A DNA stretch of 39,733 nt from a virus: positions 1 through 39,733 of the IMG/VR virus record IMGVR_UViG_3300045988_046012, one strand, 5' to 3'. A model generated the notes under the pieces. The model was not told the DNA's origin, made no database searches, and saw only the letters and a list, made by a program, of their open reading frames with translations. Below, piece after piece: positions 29,378 through 39,695 of this stretch (position 1 is its first letter; every line of letters begins with the position of its first letter). The position numbers and the translations under genes are program-made.

Positions 29378-32300
29378 TTGGATGTATTTGATCTTTGCGC
29401 CCGGATCACGCTGGAAACGGGTGAATACGAAAAATCTCTCAACGGAGCGCAATCTAAAACGGCCTCGTTTGGAGACGTGTTAAAAAATACATTTAGCAAA
29501 ATCGCTAAGGCGGCCACCATTAAGAAAATCGCAGAGGCTGTATATGATGTCGGGAAAGCGGCTGTGTCTAGCTATGCAGACTATGAGCAGCTTGTGGGTG
29601 GCGTAGAAACGCTTTTTAAGGGCAGCGCATCTATTGTCGAGGGCTACGCAAAAACCGCTTACAAGACCGCTGGCCTGTCCGCAAATGAATACATGGAAAC
29701 GGTCACCTCCTTTTCTGCGTCTTTGCTGCAAAGCCTCGGTAATGATACCGCAAAAGCCGCCGACAAGGCCGACATGGCCGTCACCGATATGGCGGACAAT
29801 GCTAACAAGATGGGCACGTCGATGGAGGCCATCCAGAATGCGTACCAGGGCTTTGCCAAACAGAACTACACCATGCTTGATAACCTCAAATTGGGCTATG
29901 GTGGCACAAAGACCGAGATGGAGCGGCTGCTTAAAGACGCAGAGGCGCTAAAAAAGAAGCAGGGCGAGGTTGCCCATTACAGCGTTGATAGCTATGCAGA
30001 CATTGTCGATGCTATCCATGTTGTGCAGACCGAGATGGGCGTGACCGGCACTACTGCGCTGGAAGCATCTGAGACAATCTCTGGCAGTATGGCGAGCGCC
30101 AAAGCATCCATTGGCAACCTGCTCACTGGCATGGTTGATACCGATCAGGATATTATTGCTTTGGGGGAGCAGACCGCCGGGGCAGTAGCTACGGCGTTTG
30201 AAAATGTCGCACCGGCTATCGCCAATTTTATGACGGTCGGAGTCCGTGCAATTGGTGATGCGGTAGACCCAGCCAATAAGGTATCCCGTGCACTCGGGGA
30301 CATTGAGGCGGCTCAGGCACGGGTGACTAGCTCCAACAATATCCTAGAGCTAGTCTCCAGGTATAGGGCGCTGCAAGAGCAAGCGGAAAACTCCGAAACA
30401 TCGTCTAGTGAGCTGGCCAGCATTGAAAAAGAGCTTACATCCGTGAGAAACCAGCTGGCGACGGCAACCGGAAACGCAAAAATTGCGCAGTCCGAATCAA
30501 ATGACGAGCTCGCGGATGCAATCGAATATGAAGAAGCACTTGCACAGCGCGAGAAAGAACGCGCTCAGATGCAGTTGTACGAGGATGTCGCAAAGGGCGC
30601 GGCTGCGTACGGGGAGTCACTACATGAGCTGTCAGTTGTTAGTGGAGAGCTTGCGGACGCTGAAACGCAATATGCAGATACCACCGAGAACAAGACGAAA
30701 AACGCTGCTCAGGAATACTCCAACCTGTCAGACGAAATTGACGATCTTTCCGACAGCTTTTTTGACGGCGAAATCTCTGCCGATGAAATGCACACCAGAC
30801 TGGACGAGATCGCCGATAGTGTTTACAAGCTGACGGGCGAGAAAGTAGAATTCAGCGACATTTTAGCGGGCCAGGAGTATATCGACAATCTGAACCTTAC
30901 ATTTGACAATTTGGCGGATCGCACGATTGTCACTTATGAGGAAATGGACGCATTGCGCACCCGGCAGGACGATTTGACGGAGTCCACGGAATCCTACCGG
31001 GAAAAAGTCGCAAATCTCGTAGATAACGGGCTACTTACAGCGGACGAAGCTGCTGGGTATCTCGGCATCACTGTGGATGATCTCAAGGACGTGCTGGATG
31101 AAGTTGCAGAGTCTACAGACGATGTTGGCGAGTCTGCCGATGACACAGCGGAGGAACTCACAGACGAGCAAAAGGCCGCGAAAGACCTTAAAAAATCCTT
31201 GGCGGATATCGGCACTGAGGCTTATAACGCTCTGGAAGCTGGCGAAGACCTGCGGGACAAGTACGACGATCTGACCGGGCAGCTAGAAAGCCTAGACGGC
31301 GAGCTCGATGAAACCACGCTCAGCCTTGTAAATACGGCCCTGGAGACGTTGAATCTGGCAGCAACCAATCAGGAGCTTACGGAAGGATATCCCGGTTTTG
31401 CCACTGCTGCCCAAAATGCCGGTGTATCTCTGTCCAATCTGTCTGCATGGCTGATTGAGAATGAGGTGACCGCAGAGCAGTGGGGGTCTCAGGTTTCCAG
31501 CGCTGTTGACGGCGTTGTCAACAATTTTACGGAGGTAAAGACGTCAACGGGCCAAAGCGTCGCTGAGATGAAAACGGCGCTGGAGAGCAACATTGCGGCC
31601 TATACGACGTGGAACAGTAATATTTCGGCATTAATGGCGGGCGCTGTTGCGAGTGGCGACCAAAGCAAAATCGCCTTTGTCCAGGCCCTACAGGATATGG
31701 GAATTGGAGCTGCTGCTCAGGTTGCTGCAATGGCGGAGGACGTTGATGGGACGCTGGCCGAATTTGGGCCACTTTTTGCTGACGCTGCTGATCAAGGTAT
31801 GCTGGAGGTCAAAAACAGCATTGAAGGCGGCACCGCGCCTTCCAAAGCTGCGGCGAAATCCTCGATGGAGGCTGTTCAGGACGCAATGGAATCTATTGAT
31901 TTTGCGGCAACTGGCAAGGACGCAATGTCTGATCTTGCTAGCGGCATTAGGCAAAAAACCGGAACGGCTACCTCAGCAGCCAAAAGCGTTGCAACCAGCG
32001 CAAAGTCTTCAGCTGGGGACGTGAGTTTTTATTCGGTCGGCTACAACATGGATTACGGGATGGCAAGCGGCATCTGGGGCGGCAAAAGCCTGGTTACTAG
32101 CGCTGCGCAAAGCGTGGCCCGAGCCGCTTACAATGCCGCAAAGCGTGTCCTGGGCATTCATTCTCCGTCCACGGTATTCCGGGACGGGGTCGGCAAAATG
32201 ATAACAGAGGGCATTTCCACTGGAATGACCGCGCCGGACGTACTCCACGCCCTGGAGCTGGCATCAAGCGAGGTGTCCGACGCCGCTTACGACGGGATGA

Positions 32301-32494
32301 CTGCGCTGCCGTATGAGCTTGGCGTGGCCACCGGCACCGAGCGCTATGCAACGGCAGTTCGGGGCGGGAATGTTATCAACAATTACATCAACATTGACGG
32401 CGCAAAATACACAGATACAAACGAGTTGGCAGACGTGATCTCTGATGTGCTCGTGAGACGGTATAGACGGGAGGTGGCAGCACTTGGCGGATAA
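29378..32494 (+). CDS. Tape measure protein
   Basis: 1038 aa, helical and A/E/D-rich; TTG 29378 with AAAGGAGG 9 nt upstream. Confidence 0.9.
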   Translation: MDVFDLCARITLETGEYEKSLNGAQSKTASFGDVLKNTFSKIAKAATIKKIAEAVYDVGKAAVSSYADYEQLVGGVETLFKGSASIVEGYAKTAYKTAGLSANEYMETVTSFSASLLQSLGNDTAKAADKADMAVTDMADNANKMGTSMEAIQNAYQGFAKQNYTMLDNLKLGYGGTKTEMERLLKDAEALKKKQGEVAHYSVDSYADIVDAIHVVQTEMGVTGTTALEASETISGSMASAKASIGNLLTGMVDTDQDIIALGEQTAGAVATAFENVAPAIANFMTVGVRAIGDAVDPANKVSRALGDIEAAQARVTSSNNILELVSRYRALQEQAENSETSSSELASIEKELTSVRNQLATATGNAKIAQSESNDELADAIEYEEALAQREKERAQMQLYEDVAKGAAAYGESLHELSVVSGELADAETQYADTTENKTKNAAQEYSNLSDEIDDLSDSFFDGEISADEMHTRLDEIADSVYKLTGEKVEFSDILAGQEYIDNLNLTFDNLADRTIVTYEEMDALRTRQDDLTESTESYREKVANLVDNGLLTADEAAGYLGITVDDLKDVLDEVAESTDDVGESADDTAEELTDEQKAAKDLKKSLADIGTEAYNALEAGEDLRDKYDDLTGQLESLDGELDETTLSLVNTALETLNLAATNQELTEGYPGFATAAQNAGVSLSNLSAWLIENEVTAEQWGSQVSSAVDGVVNNFTEVKTSTGQSVAEMKTALESNIAAYTTWNSNISALMAGAVASGDQSKIAFVQALQDMGIGAAAQVAAMAEDVDGTLAEFGPLFADAADQGMLEVKNSIEGGTAPSKAAAKSSMEAVQDAMESIDFAATGKDAMSDLASGIRQKTGTATSAAKSVATSAKSSAGDVSFYSVGYNMDYGMASGIWGGKSLVTSAAQSVARAAYNAAKRVLGIHSPSTVFRDGVGKMITEGISTGMTAPDVLHALELASSEVSDAAYDGMTALPYELGVATGTERYATAVRGGNVINNYINIDGAKYTDTNELADVISDVLVRRYRREVAALGG

Positions 32495-33224
32495 CCCGTA
32501 TTTTATCTACGACGGTGTGGACTCCCGCACCCTAAAAATACAGATGCAGCGCGAAATCGTACTCGATGGGGCAAAACCAAACATCGAAAAAATCACGATC
32601 CCCGGCAGAAACGGGACACTAGACTACTGGGACGGATCGTACGAAAACCGTGAGGCAGTTGCAAGGTGCTTTATCCTTGACAACGATGCATCCGGGTATT
32701 TTGCACAGGCGCAGAAGTGGGCGCAATCCCCGCTGTACAAGCGGCTTGAGCTATCAAATGAGCCGGATGTGTATATGATGGCGACCGTTACAGACAGTGG
32801 AGACCGTGAAATCCTGCAAGGTGTTTTGGCCCCATTTAAAATCACATTTGATTGCAAACCGCAAAAATACCTAAAAACCGGTGAGACTGCGTTAGATATC
32901 ACAAATGGCGACACCTTGCACAATAGCTGGTTTGAGGCAAAGCCGCTAATCAGAATATATATAACCGGCGGTGGAGGGACTTCCGGGGCGTTAAAGGTTG
33001 GCAGTGCAACAGTCGTGCTCTCTGATGTTAGCTCTAATATTATGATTGACTGCGAGACGCAAAACGCATACTCAATAGGGCTAGGTGGCGCGATTGCCAA
33101 TGCCAACAACAAGATACAGACGCTCAATTTCCCAACGTTGCCACCTGGGGACACAGAAATATCGTGGGTTGGCGATATCTCAATCGCAAAAATGCAAATT
33201 GTACCTAGGTGGTGGAGGCTATGA
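32484..33224 (+). CDS. Distal tail protein (Dit)
   Basis: Follows the tape measure gene; TTG start with GGGAGG upstream. Confidence 0.75.
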   Translation: MADNPYFIYDGVDSRTLKIQMQREIVLDGAKPNIEKITIPGRNGTLDYWDGSYENREAVARCFILDNDASGYFAQAQKWAQSPLYKRLELSNEPDVYMMATVTDSGDREILQGVLAPFKITFDCKPQKYLKTGETALDITNGDTLHNSWFEAKPLIRIYITGGGGTSGALKVGSATVVLSDVSSNIMIDCETQNAYSIGLGGAIANANNKIQTLNFPTLPPGDTEISWVGDISIAKMQIVPRWWRL

Positions 33225-34405
33225 AACCGATTTTATACGACGAGACGGAAACATCGTACTCCAAAAATGGGCTTGGTGTACTGACTGATGCTATCAGTTG
33301 CGCAGTGACCCAGGAGCGGAACGGCTCCTATGAGTTGGAGATGGAGTACCCAGTGCTGGGGATCCATTTTGACAATCTCAAATTACAGCGCATTATTTTG
33401 GCAAAACCGGATGAATCCAGCAGGAACCAACCGTTTAGGATTTATGGCATATCCAAGCCCATCCTTGGGAACGTTACGGTGAGCGCTCGACACGTTGCAT
33501 ATGACCTCATGGGCATACCGGTCAAGCCGTTTAAGTCTACGTCGGCACCCGCTGCGATGCAGGCCCTGTCAGATAATGCGGCAGCTGATTGCCCCTATAC
33601 GTTTGAGACGGACAAAGAGACGGAGGCGACGATGACTGTTAGCATACCAACGTCGATTTGGGAACTCTTGGGCGGCAGTGAGGGCGGGATACTGGACGTA
33701 TACGGCGGTGAGTATGAGTTTGACCGCCACAAGGTCAAACTACATAAGGCCCGTGGAAGCAACAATGGTGTTGTGATCCGATACGGCAAAAACCTTGTCG
33801 ATCTCACGCAGGAGGAGTCCTGCGAGAACGTGTATACAGGTGTATACCCGTATTGGACGGACACTGAGGGAGCGCTTGTGCAGCTTCCGGAATATGTTCT
33901 CAATGCCGATGGGACCTACCCTGTAACTCGCATACTCTCTCTTGACCTAAGCGACGAGTGGGAAAATGCACCAACGGCAGAACAACTCCGGGCGCGCGCC
34001 ACTAGCTATATGAAGGATAACCAGATTGGCGTGCCTAGGGTGAGTTTAACAGTTGATTTTGTGCAAGATAACCAAATCGAGAAGGTCGGTTTGTGCGACA
34101 CGGTAACGATCTATTTTGAGACCCTCGGTGTATCCTCCACGGCAAAGTGCGTGGCAGCAGAATATGATGTCCTGCATGAGCGCTATAACAGTATTGACAT
34201 TGGATATGTTAAAGAGAGCTATCCAAGAATCGTCGCAAATCACCAGCGTAAAATCAGCTCTACGGCAAGTAAGCGGGATGTGCAGAGGACATCGGCGAGC
34301 ATCAGCGCATCGACCAAAGCAGAGCTAAGCGGATATGCCACCCAGGCATATGTCACACAACAGATTCAGGCGGCGGTTGTATCGACGTGGGAGGCGAGTT
34401 ACTGA
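33221..34405 (+). CDS. Tail-associated protein (Tal / prophage tail endopeptidase family N-terminal domain)
   Basis: N-terminus MKPILYDETETSYSKNGLGVLTDAISCAVTQERNGSYELEMEYP is typical of the family. Confidence 0.8.
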   Translation: MKPILYDETETSYSKNGLGVLTDAISCAVTQERNGSYELEMEYPVLGIHFDNLKLQRIILAKPDESSRNQPFRIYGISKPILGNVTVSARHVAYDLMGIPVKPFKSTSAPAAMQALSDNAAADCPYTFETDKETEATMTVSIPTSIWELLGGSEGGILDVYGGEYEFDRHKVKLHKARGSNNGVVIRYGKNLVDLTQEESCENVYTGVYPYWTDTEGALVQLPEYVLNADGTYPVTRILSLDLSDEWENAPTAEQLRARATSYMKDNQIGVPRVSLTVDFVQDNQIEKVGLCDTVTIYFETLGVSSTAKCVAAEYDVLHERYNSIDIGYVKESYPRIVANHQRKISSTASKRDVQRTSASISASTKAELSGYATQAYVTQQIQAAVVSTWEASY

Positions 34406-34406
34406 T

Positions 34407-35654
34407 ATGAGTACCCAGACGGACAAGCTCCAACAAATCGCCGATGCCATCCGGGCAAGTTCTGGATCGTCGGATCAGATTCGGGCATCGCTATTCTATC
34501 AAAAGATCAATCAGCTCAAGCGCTACCGCTGGGCTGATAGCACGCTGACCTACTGTGAGCCCCGAGCGTTGGAGGCTGTGGACGTTGCAAAAAGCTACTG
34601 GATCGTCCGGGCTTCTGGCCGGAAATTCGTCTATTCCGGCGGCGCGACATTCCTCGACGGTTCGCCGCTCAACAATGCTGCCGGGCAGGGGCTTATTGAC
34701 TGCTCCACCTATATTCATCTGGTCATGCGGGGCATTCCGTACCACAAAAGCCCCTATGTCAACACCGCCGCGAATGCAACCTACAACGCATCGGCGCTGG
34801 CTACCAATACGGCGTATGCCTGGGCTGATGACCATATCCGTTCCAGCGACACTTTGGGCGGCATGGTGCGCTACGCCGCCGACCTTGCCGCCTATTATTG
34901 GACGGCAGGACGGGCGTTTACCGATGCCTCCTTGCGGAAACCCGGAGACCTGATTTTCCATTCCACCCACCAGAACAACCGGTTTATGTCCATTTCCCAC
35001 GTCTCCATCGTGTCGGACAACATCGACCAGTATTACAACGTGACGGATGTCTCCAATACCGTTGTGCGCACGAATTACGCCAACCGGAATGCGGACATCG
35101 TCTTCTTTGCGCGGCCTGATTATGAGCGGCTCCCCCAGCAGACCTATACCTTCGACCCCAATCACAACTATCTGGCGTATCCATGGATCTTTGGTGACAG
35201 TAAAACCTACTCTTCCGGCGTTACCGCCACAGCGGCAGAAGCCGGAGTCACCACCTCCTGCTCTGGGGCGACGGCTTCAACCACAATCCCCATTGTGTCC
35301 TCCAGCTACCCTCTATATCTCCCCGCTGGGACTTATCAGTTATCCGGTGCCCCAGCGTATCAGGATCGCCGCGCCCGGGTGGACTACTCCTACTGGGGCC
35401 TGCGGCTGTATCCGGCGGACGGGCGCACCATCACCTCGCAAGTTAAGGGGTATACGTCGGCAAGCTACGGCTCCGCACCGACGGCAAGTGTCAGCCAATC
35501 CCAGGCGCTGGTCTGGGAGAAGGGCTATGGGGCAACGTTTTCCATTGACAGCCCAATGTCCTTCTACTGCAACATCTATATCTCCAAAACGCCCACGGCC
35601 TCCGCATACAGCGGCACAGACCTGTGGACGCCAACGTTAAGGAGGATCGCATGA
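34407..35654 (+). CDS. Tail protein with NlpC/P60-like cysteine peptidase domain
   Basis: [14 protein letters not shown] (Cys) and GDLIFH ... ISHVSIV (His); ATG 34407 within ORF 34335..35654. Confidence 0.7.
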   Translation: MSTQTDKLQQIADAIRASSGSSDQIRASLFYQKINQLKRYRWADSTLTYCEPRALEAVDVAKSYWIVRASGRKFVYSGGATFLDGSPLNNAAGQGLIDCSTYIHLVMRGIPYHKSPYVNTAANATYNASALATNTAYAWADDHIRSSDTLGGMVRYAADLAAYYWTAGRAFTDASLRKPGDLIFHSTHQNNRFMSISHVSIVSDNIDQYYNVTDVSNTVVRTNYANRNADIVFFARPDYERLPQQTYTFDPNHNYLAYPWIFGDSKTYSSGVTATAAEAGVTTSCSGATASTTIPIVSSSYPLYLPAGTYQLSGAPAYQDRRARVDYSYWGLRLYPADGRTITSQVKGYTSASYGSAPTASVSQSQALVWEKGYGATFSIDSPMSFYCNIYISKTPTASAYSGTDLWTPTLRRIA

Positions 35655-36853
35655 TTATTGAGTTATCAAACGGCCTGAGCCACCTCTACCAGTGGGACAC
35701 AGGCCAAAAGGTCAAGATTCCGGGGGACGTCCCGACGGTGCATTTTAAATGGGGCAGCGATGCCGTCTCGTTTGATGCGGTTGACGGCTGGGTTGAGATT
35801 CCGCCGGAGCTGACGCAGAAGGCAGGGTATATCCTCCTTTGGACGTATAGGGAGGATCACACCCTGGACGCGGCGCGAATCCCGGTGGAGCGCAGGCCAA
35901 AACCGTCAGACTATGTGTATACCCCCACGGAGGTTAAAACGTGGGAGCAGCTGGACGAGCGTATCAAGGCGCTTGAGGACGGCGGCGGGGTTGCTGGCGT
36001 CACCAGCGTCAACGGCAAAACCGGCGTGGTAAAATTGACTGCGGAGGACGTGGGTGCTGCGACCCCTGAGGGCGTTACCAGCGCCGTTGACGCCGCTGCC
36101 GAAAAGCTACAGCCGAAGGGCGATTATATCACGCAGGATGGCTTGCAGAGCGCGACCAATGCCGCGCTGGCGCAGGCAAAAGCAAGCGGCGAGTTTGACG
36201 GTGCTCCGGGCGCAGAAGGCCCGCAAGGCCCGCAAGGCCCGCAAGGCCCAAAGGGAGCTACCGGAGCAACTGGCCCACAGGGCGAACGAGGCCCAACGGG
36301 AGACACAGGCCCACAAGGCCCCGCTGGGGCTGGGCTGGATGTCACCGGGGCTACCGTGGGCCAGACCGTTAAAATCGCGGCAGTGGATGCTAACGGTGTG
36401 CCGACCGCGTGGGTGCCGGTGGATATGGCGTCAGGCGGAGGCGCGTGGAAAAAAATCATTGATACTGATGTCGTGGAAGCCACACAGCAGTTTGTTTGTG
36501 ATGGGCTAAACTGCAACGAGATTTTCATAAAGTACAGCAAGATGGAAAACGCGACTAGTACAAATTCTGCGCAGGACTTGTACTTGAATGGCACGTTGAT
36601 TACGGCTAGCGGGGTTATCGTAAATAAAAGCGGTAGTGGCTTATACGGCTGGACGTTATGCCGGAACAACGGGCTTGTGTGGACTGTAGCAAGAAGCCCA
36701 GGCGCTATATCAGCAGCAAACATGCAGACAGGCAGTGTTTATGCTCCGTACAACTTGATATCTGGCGTTGGGCCGGCGACAAGACTAGAACTCAAGACGG
36801 CGAACGTGATTTATTCGCCGATTACTGGGAAACTTGAGGTGTGGGCGAGATGA
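35651..36853 (+). CDS. Tail fibre / receptor-binding protein with collagen-like G-X-Y stretch
   Basis: AGGAGG before ATG 35651; 15 uninterrupted GXY triplets (36200-36334). Confidence 0.8.
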   Translation: MIIELSNGLSHLYQWDTGQKVKIPGDVPTVHFKWGSDAVSFDAVDGWVEIPPELTQKAGYILLWTYREDHTLDAARIPVERRPKPSDYVYTPTEVKTWEQLDERIKALEDGGGVAGVTSVNGKTGVVKLTAEDVGAATPEGVTSAVDAAAEKLQPKGDYITQDGLQSATNAALAQAKASGEFDGAPGAEGPQGPQGPQGPKGATGATGPQGERGPTGDTGPQGPAGAGLDVTGATVGQTVKIAAVDANGVPTAWVPVDMASGGGAWKKIIDTDVVEATQQFVCDGLNCNEIFIKYSKMENATSTNSAQDLYLNGTLITASGVIVNKSGSGLYGWTLCRNNGLVWTVARSPGAISAANMQTGSVYAPYNLISGVGPATRLELKTANVIYSPITGKLEVWAR

Positions 36854-37248
36854 AAAAATTTGTGAACGGCGAATACTTTGACATGACCGCCGAGGAAATT
36901 GCCGCCATGCAGGAAGCACAGCTCGAAATGGAGCGCAACGTTGCACCGCTAACGGACAATGACAAAATCGCATTGATGCTGGCGGCAATCCCGGAGGAGC
37001 CGGTGCCGACGGTGGCACCAAAGGTAGGGTATAAATGGCAACCGGTGTACAGCTCGTCCGCCGGATTTGCATGGGAGCTGGTGGAGGATCCCACGGCACT
37101 GGGCACATTGAAAAACCCACTGCGCTGGACGGAGGGGCGTGAGGTCAAGGCAGGGTACCACTATACCGACGGCACACATCTCTATGTCGCGCTGGAGGAC
37201 GGTGTGCCGACCGGGCTTGAGGACAAAACATATATTACGGAGGTGTAA
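36850..37248 (+). CDS. Hypothetical tail-fibre-associated protein
   Basis: ATGA overlap at 36850; lies between the fibre gene and the lysis genes. Confidence 0.65.
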   Translation: MKKFVNGEYFDMTAEEIAAMQEAQLEMERNVAPLTDNDKIALMLAAIPEEPVPTVAPKVGYKWQPVYSSSAGFAWELVEDPTALGTLKNPLRWTEGREVKAGYHYTDGTHLYVALEDGVPTGLEDKTYITEV

Positions 37249-37251
37249 TCA

Positions 37252-37518
37252 TTGGAGCTTGTGATTGCGATCGTGCCGCCACTCATTACAGGCGTGCTGG
37301 CGCTGGTAGGCGTGGTTATTACCAGCGCCAGCACGGCAAAAAAAATGCAGGCAAACCTGGAGAAAAACCAGGCTGTCACGGAGACAAAGATTGAGGAGCT
37401 GACCCGGGAGGTCAGGGAGCACAATGGATTTGCACGGCGGGTTCCCGTCGTTGAGGAGCAGATCAAGGTAATCAATCATCGGATTAAAGATTTGGAGGCT
37501 GAAAATCATGACCATTAA
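37252..37518 (+). CDS. xhlA: XhlA-like lysis-cassette membrane protein
   Basis: TTG start with GGAGG 8 nt upstream; N-terminal TM helix plus coiled coil; precedes the holin and amidase as in PBSX. Confidence 0.65.
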   Translation: MELVIAIVPPLITGVLALVGVVITSASTAKKMQANLEKNQAVTETKIEELTREVREHNGFARRVPVVEEQIKVINHRIKDLEAENHDH

Positions 37519-37732
37519 GAAGAAAATGTGGTGGAAGGCCGCCGGTATCCGCGCCGTGAAAACCGTGGCGCAGACGGCTGTAGCAATGATCCCCGCCGCC
37601 GTGACCATCGGGGCGGTGGACTGGGTAACTGTGGTAGGCACTGCGGCGCTGGCGGGCGTCGTGAGCCTGCTGACCAGCATCGCGGGACTGCCGGAAGTGG
37701 ACGAGAAGGAGGATAACAATGCATCTGTATAA
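37508..37732 (+). CDS. Holin
   Basis: 74 aa, two hydrophobic helices, charged C-terminus, immediately before the endolysin gene. Confidence 0.8.
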   Translation: MTIKKKMWWKAAGIRAVKTVAQTAVAMIPAAVTIGAVDWVTVVGTAALAGVVSLLTSIAGLPEVDEKEDNNASV

Positions 37733-38750
37733 GCATTACAGCGTCAATAATCCCTGCTACAAAAACAACGTCAACAAGGCTGACAGCCGGTACACCACGT
37801 TCCAGCAGCGCGGGCCTCTGGGGCTGATGCTGCACAGCGTGGGGTGCGCCCAGCCCAGCGCGAAGGTGTTTGCAGATCAGTGGAATCGGGGCGGAATTGA
37901 GGTTGCTGTGCACGCAGTGCTCCAGGCGGACGGCACCGTGTATCAGTGTCTCCCGTGGAATTATCGCGGCTGGCACGCAGGCGGAAACGCCAATAACACC
38001 CACGTGGGCGTGGAAATGGCGGAGCCGTCTCAGATCAAGTACACCGGCGGCAGCACCTTTACTGTGCTGGACAAGGCAGCGGCACAGGCACAGGCACAAG
38101 GCACATACCAGGCGGCGGTGGAGCTGTTTGCCAAGCTCTGCTATGACTACAAGCTTGACCCGCTGGCGGACGGCGTTATTATTAGCCACCATGAGGGATA
38201 CCTCAGGGGCGTGGCCTCCAACCACGGAGACCCGGAACACCTCTGGAGAGGCCTGGGCCTTAGCTACACCATGGACGGCTTCCGCCGGGACGTAAAGGCC
38301 GCAATGCCGACTGCATCCGGCAGCGCCACCAACAGCCGGAAGTATAAGCAGGGCTGGAACAAGGACGATAAGGGCTGGTGGTATGCGGACACCTCCAATA
38401 CCTACTACAAGGGCCGCTGGGCCAAAATCGACGGCAAGTGGTACAGCTTTGACAAGGAGGGCTATATGTTGAGCAATACGTGGCAAGTAGAGGCCGGAGG
38501 TGACACCTACTATCTCGGCGCGGAAGGAGATATGCAGACAAATATGGTTGTGGGACTGGGCAGTGACGGCAAGCTCCAGCCCAGTGAGCATTGGTGCCAC
38601 CTGCTATCGGATGTGCCCAGCGGGTACCGCGCAGAGCTGGACGCGCTTATTGCAAGCGGCAAGTTCAAGGGCAAGAGCGGCACCGGCGAAAATCTGGTGC
38701 TGGATATGCCGCTGAGTGCACTGCGGGTGCTGATTATCCTGAGCCGGTAA
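37719..38750 (+). CDS. Endolysin: N-acetylmuramoyl-L-alanine amidase (Amidase_2-like) with cell-wall-binding repeats
   Basis: N-terminal amidase motifs (HSVG ... AVHAV ... GWHAGG ... ISHHE) and GW/YY repeats (GWWYADTSNTYYKGRWAKIDGKWYSFDKEGYM). Confidence 0.85.
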   Translation: MHLYKHYSVNNPCYKNNVNKADSRYTTFQQRGPLGLMLHSVGCAQPSAKVFADQWNRGGIEVAVHAVLQADGTVYQCLPWNYRGWHAGGNANNTHVGVEMAEPSQIKYTGGSTFTVLDKAAAQAQAQGTYQAAVELFAKLCYDYKLDPLADGVIISHHEGYLRGVASNHGDPEHLWRGLGLSYTMDGFRRDVKAAMPTASGSATNSRKYKQGWNKDDKGWWYADTSNTYYKGRWAKIDGKWYSFDKEGYMLSNTWQVEAGGDTYYLGAEGDMQTNMVVGLGSDGKLQPSEHWCHLLSDVPSGYRAELDALIASGKFKGKSGTGENLVLDMPLSALRVLIILSR

Positions 38751-38765
38751 CAGGAGGGGGCGGAG

Positions 38766-38963
38766 ATGCAGATCAAGGACTATACGACATCAGAGCTGGA
38801 GCATTTCCGGGAAGCCTGTAATTTTACCAGTCTGGAGCGGGAGTTTTTTGACCTGCGGGCAGCGGGAATTACGATCGAAAGTTGCTGCGACGCAATGGGG
38901 TATTCCATCGGCGGGATACGGCATATTTCCGGGCGGGTAAAAAATAAAATGAAACGGGTATGA
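38766..38963 (+). CDS. Small HTH protein (sigma-70 region-4 / LuxR-like)
   Basis: ORF track; GGAGGGGG upstream; SLEREFFDLRAAGITIESCCDAMGYSIGGIRHISGRV. Confidence 0.65.
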   Translation: MQIKDYTTSELEHFREACNFTSLEREFFDLRAAGITIESCCDAMGYSIGGIRHISGRVKNKMKRV

Positions 38964-38995
38964 AAAATCCCCCACCTTTCGGTGGGGGATTTTTC
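38964..38995. terminator. Bidirectional rho-independent terminator
   Basis: aaaaatcccccacc-tttc-ggtgggggattttt, perfect 10-bp stem with flanking A and T tracts; serves convergent genes. Confidence 0.85.
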
Positions 38996-39137
38996 TTGCC
39001 CATTGAGGCTCCACTCAATCACCACTACGAGAAAAAGGGGAACTACAATTTTGATGGCAGGATTATTTCAATCCACAGGGGCTTTCACCCTGACAAGAGC
39101 ATATTAACACAGATGCGGTCAAATGTCAACAATTCTG

Positions 39138-39407
39138 TCAATCATAATCAAAACCGAGTTCACTTCGGGCCTCCCAGCCTTCAAACTCGTCGGGGTTGCC
39201 CCAAGTCTCTGTTGTTTTTCCTGCGTTAAAATTTTCAACCTCTTCGGCCCAGAAACTGACCTCTTCGGTGTACTGCTTTTCCGTGATTTCTGCGCCACAC
39301 ATCAGATGATCCTCCACGAGATCAGCAAAAAAATCTTCTCCCCAGCGTTCGCCGTCCCATGATCTCATGGTGAGTTCTTTTTCTGTGCCGTTTACATACA
39401 ATTTCAT
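39138..39407 (-). CDS. Small, very acidic W-rich protein (89 aa); candidate anti-defence protein
   Basis: ORF track; SD on the minus strand (caGGAGGacgacaaaATG); about 30% D/E; driven by operator promoter copy 2. Confidence 0.8.
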   Translation of the reverse strand: MKLYVNGTEKELTMRSWDGERWGEDFFADLVEDHLMCGAEITEKQYTEEVSFWAEEVENFNAGKTTETWGNPDEFEGWEARSELGFDYD

Positions 39408-39455
39408 TTTGTCGTCCTCCTGTCATGCTTTGGGGTAGCTCCCTTAACTGCCTTT

Positions 39456-39484
39456 ATTATAATACACACGTGTGTATATGTCAA
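39456..39484 (-). promoter_or_regulatory. Sigma-70-type promoter with palindromic operator in the spacer (copy 2)
   Basis: Minus strand TTGACA (39479-39484), 17 nt, TATAAT (39456-39461); perfect 16-bp palindrome ATACACACGTGTGTAT (39462-39477) in the spacer. Confidence 0.75.
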
Positions 39485-39503
39485 GAGAAAAATGCAAAAA
39501 TAA

Positions 39504-39695
39504 TTACTTTTTTTCGTCGGCGTCCAAAGCACGCACAGCCAGTCTGAGCAGCGGAATCACATAGGACGGCGGCGTTCTGTCTCCGGTCTCCCATGAAAGA
39601 ATGGTTCGCGCCGGAACACCGGTTTTATCTGCAAATTTTTTTTGTGACAATCCGGTGCTGGCGCGGATTGCTTTAATTTGTTCCGATGGAGTCAT
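39504..39695 (-). CDS. Small XRE/MqsA-like HTH regulator (63 aa), second gene of the wrap-around operon
   Basis: STGLSQKKFADKTGVPARTILSWETGDRTPP; its 5' end lies in the terminal repeat (equivalent to window positions 1-61). Confidence 0.85.
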   Translation of the reverse strand: MTPSEQIKAIRASTGLSQKKFADKTGVPARTILSWETGDRTPPSYVIPLLRLAVRALDADEKK

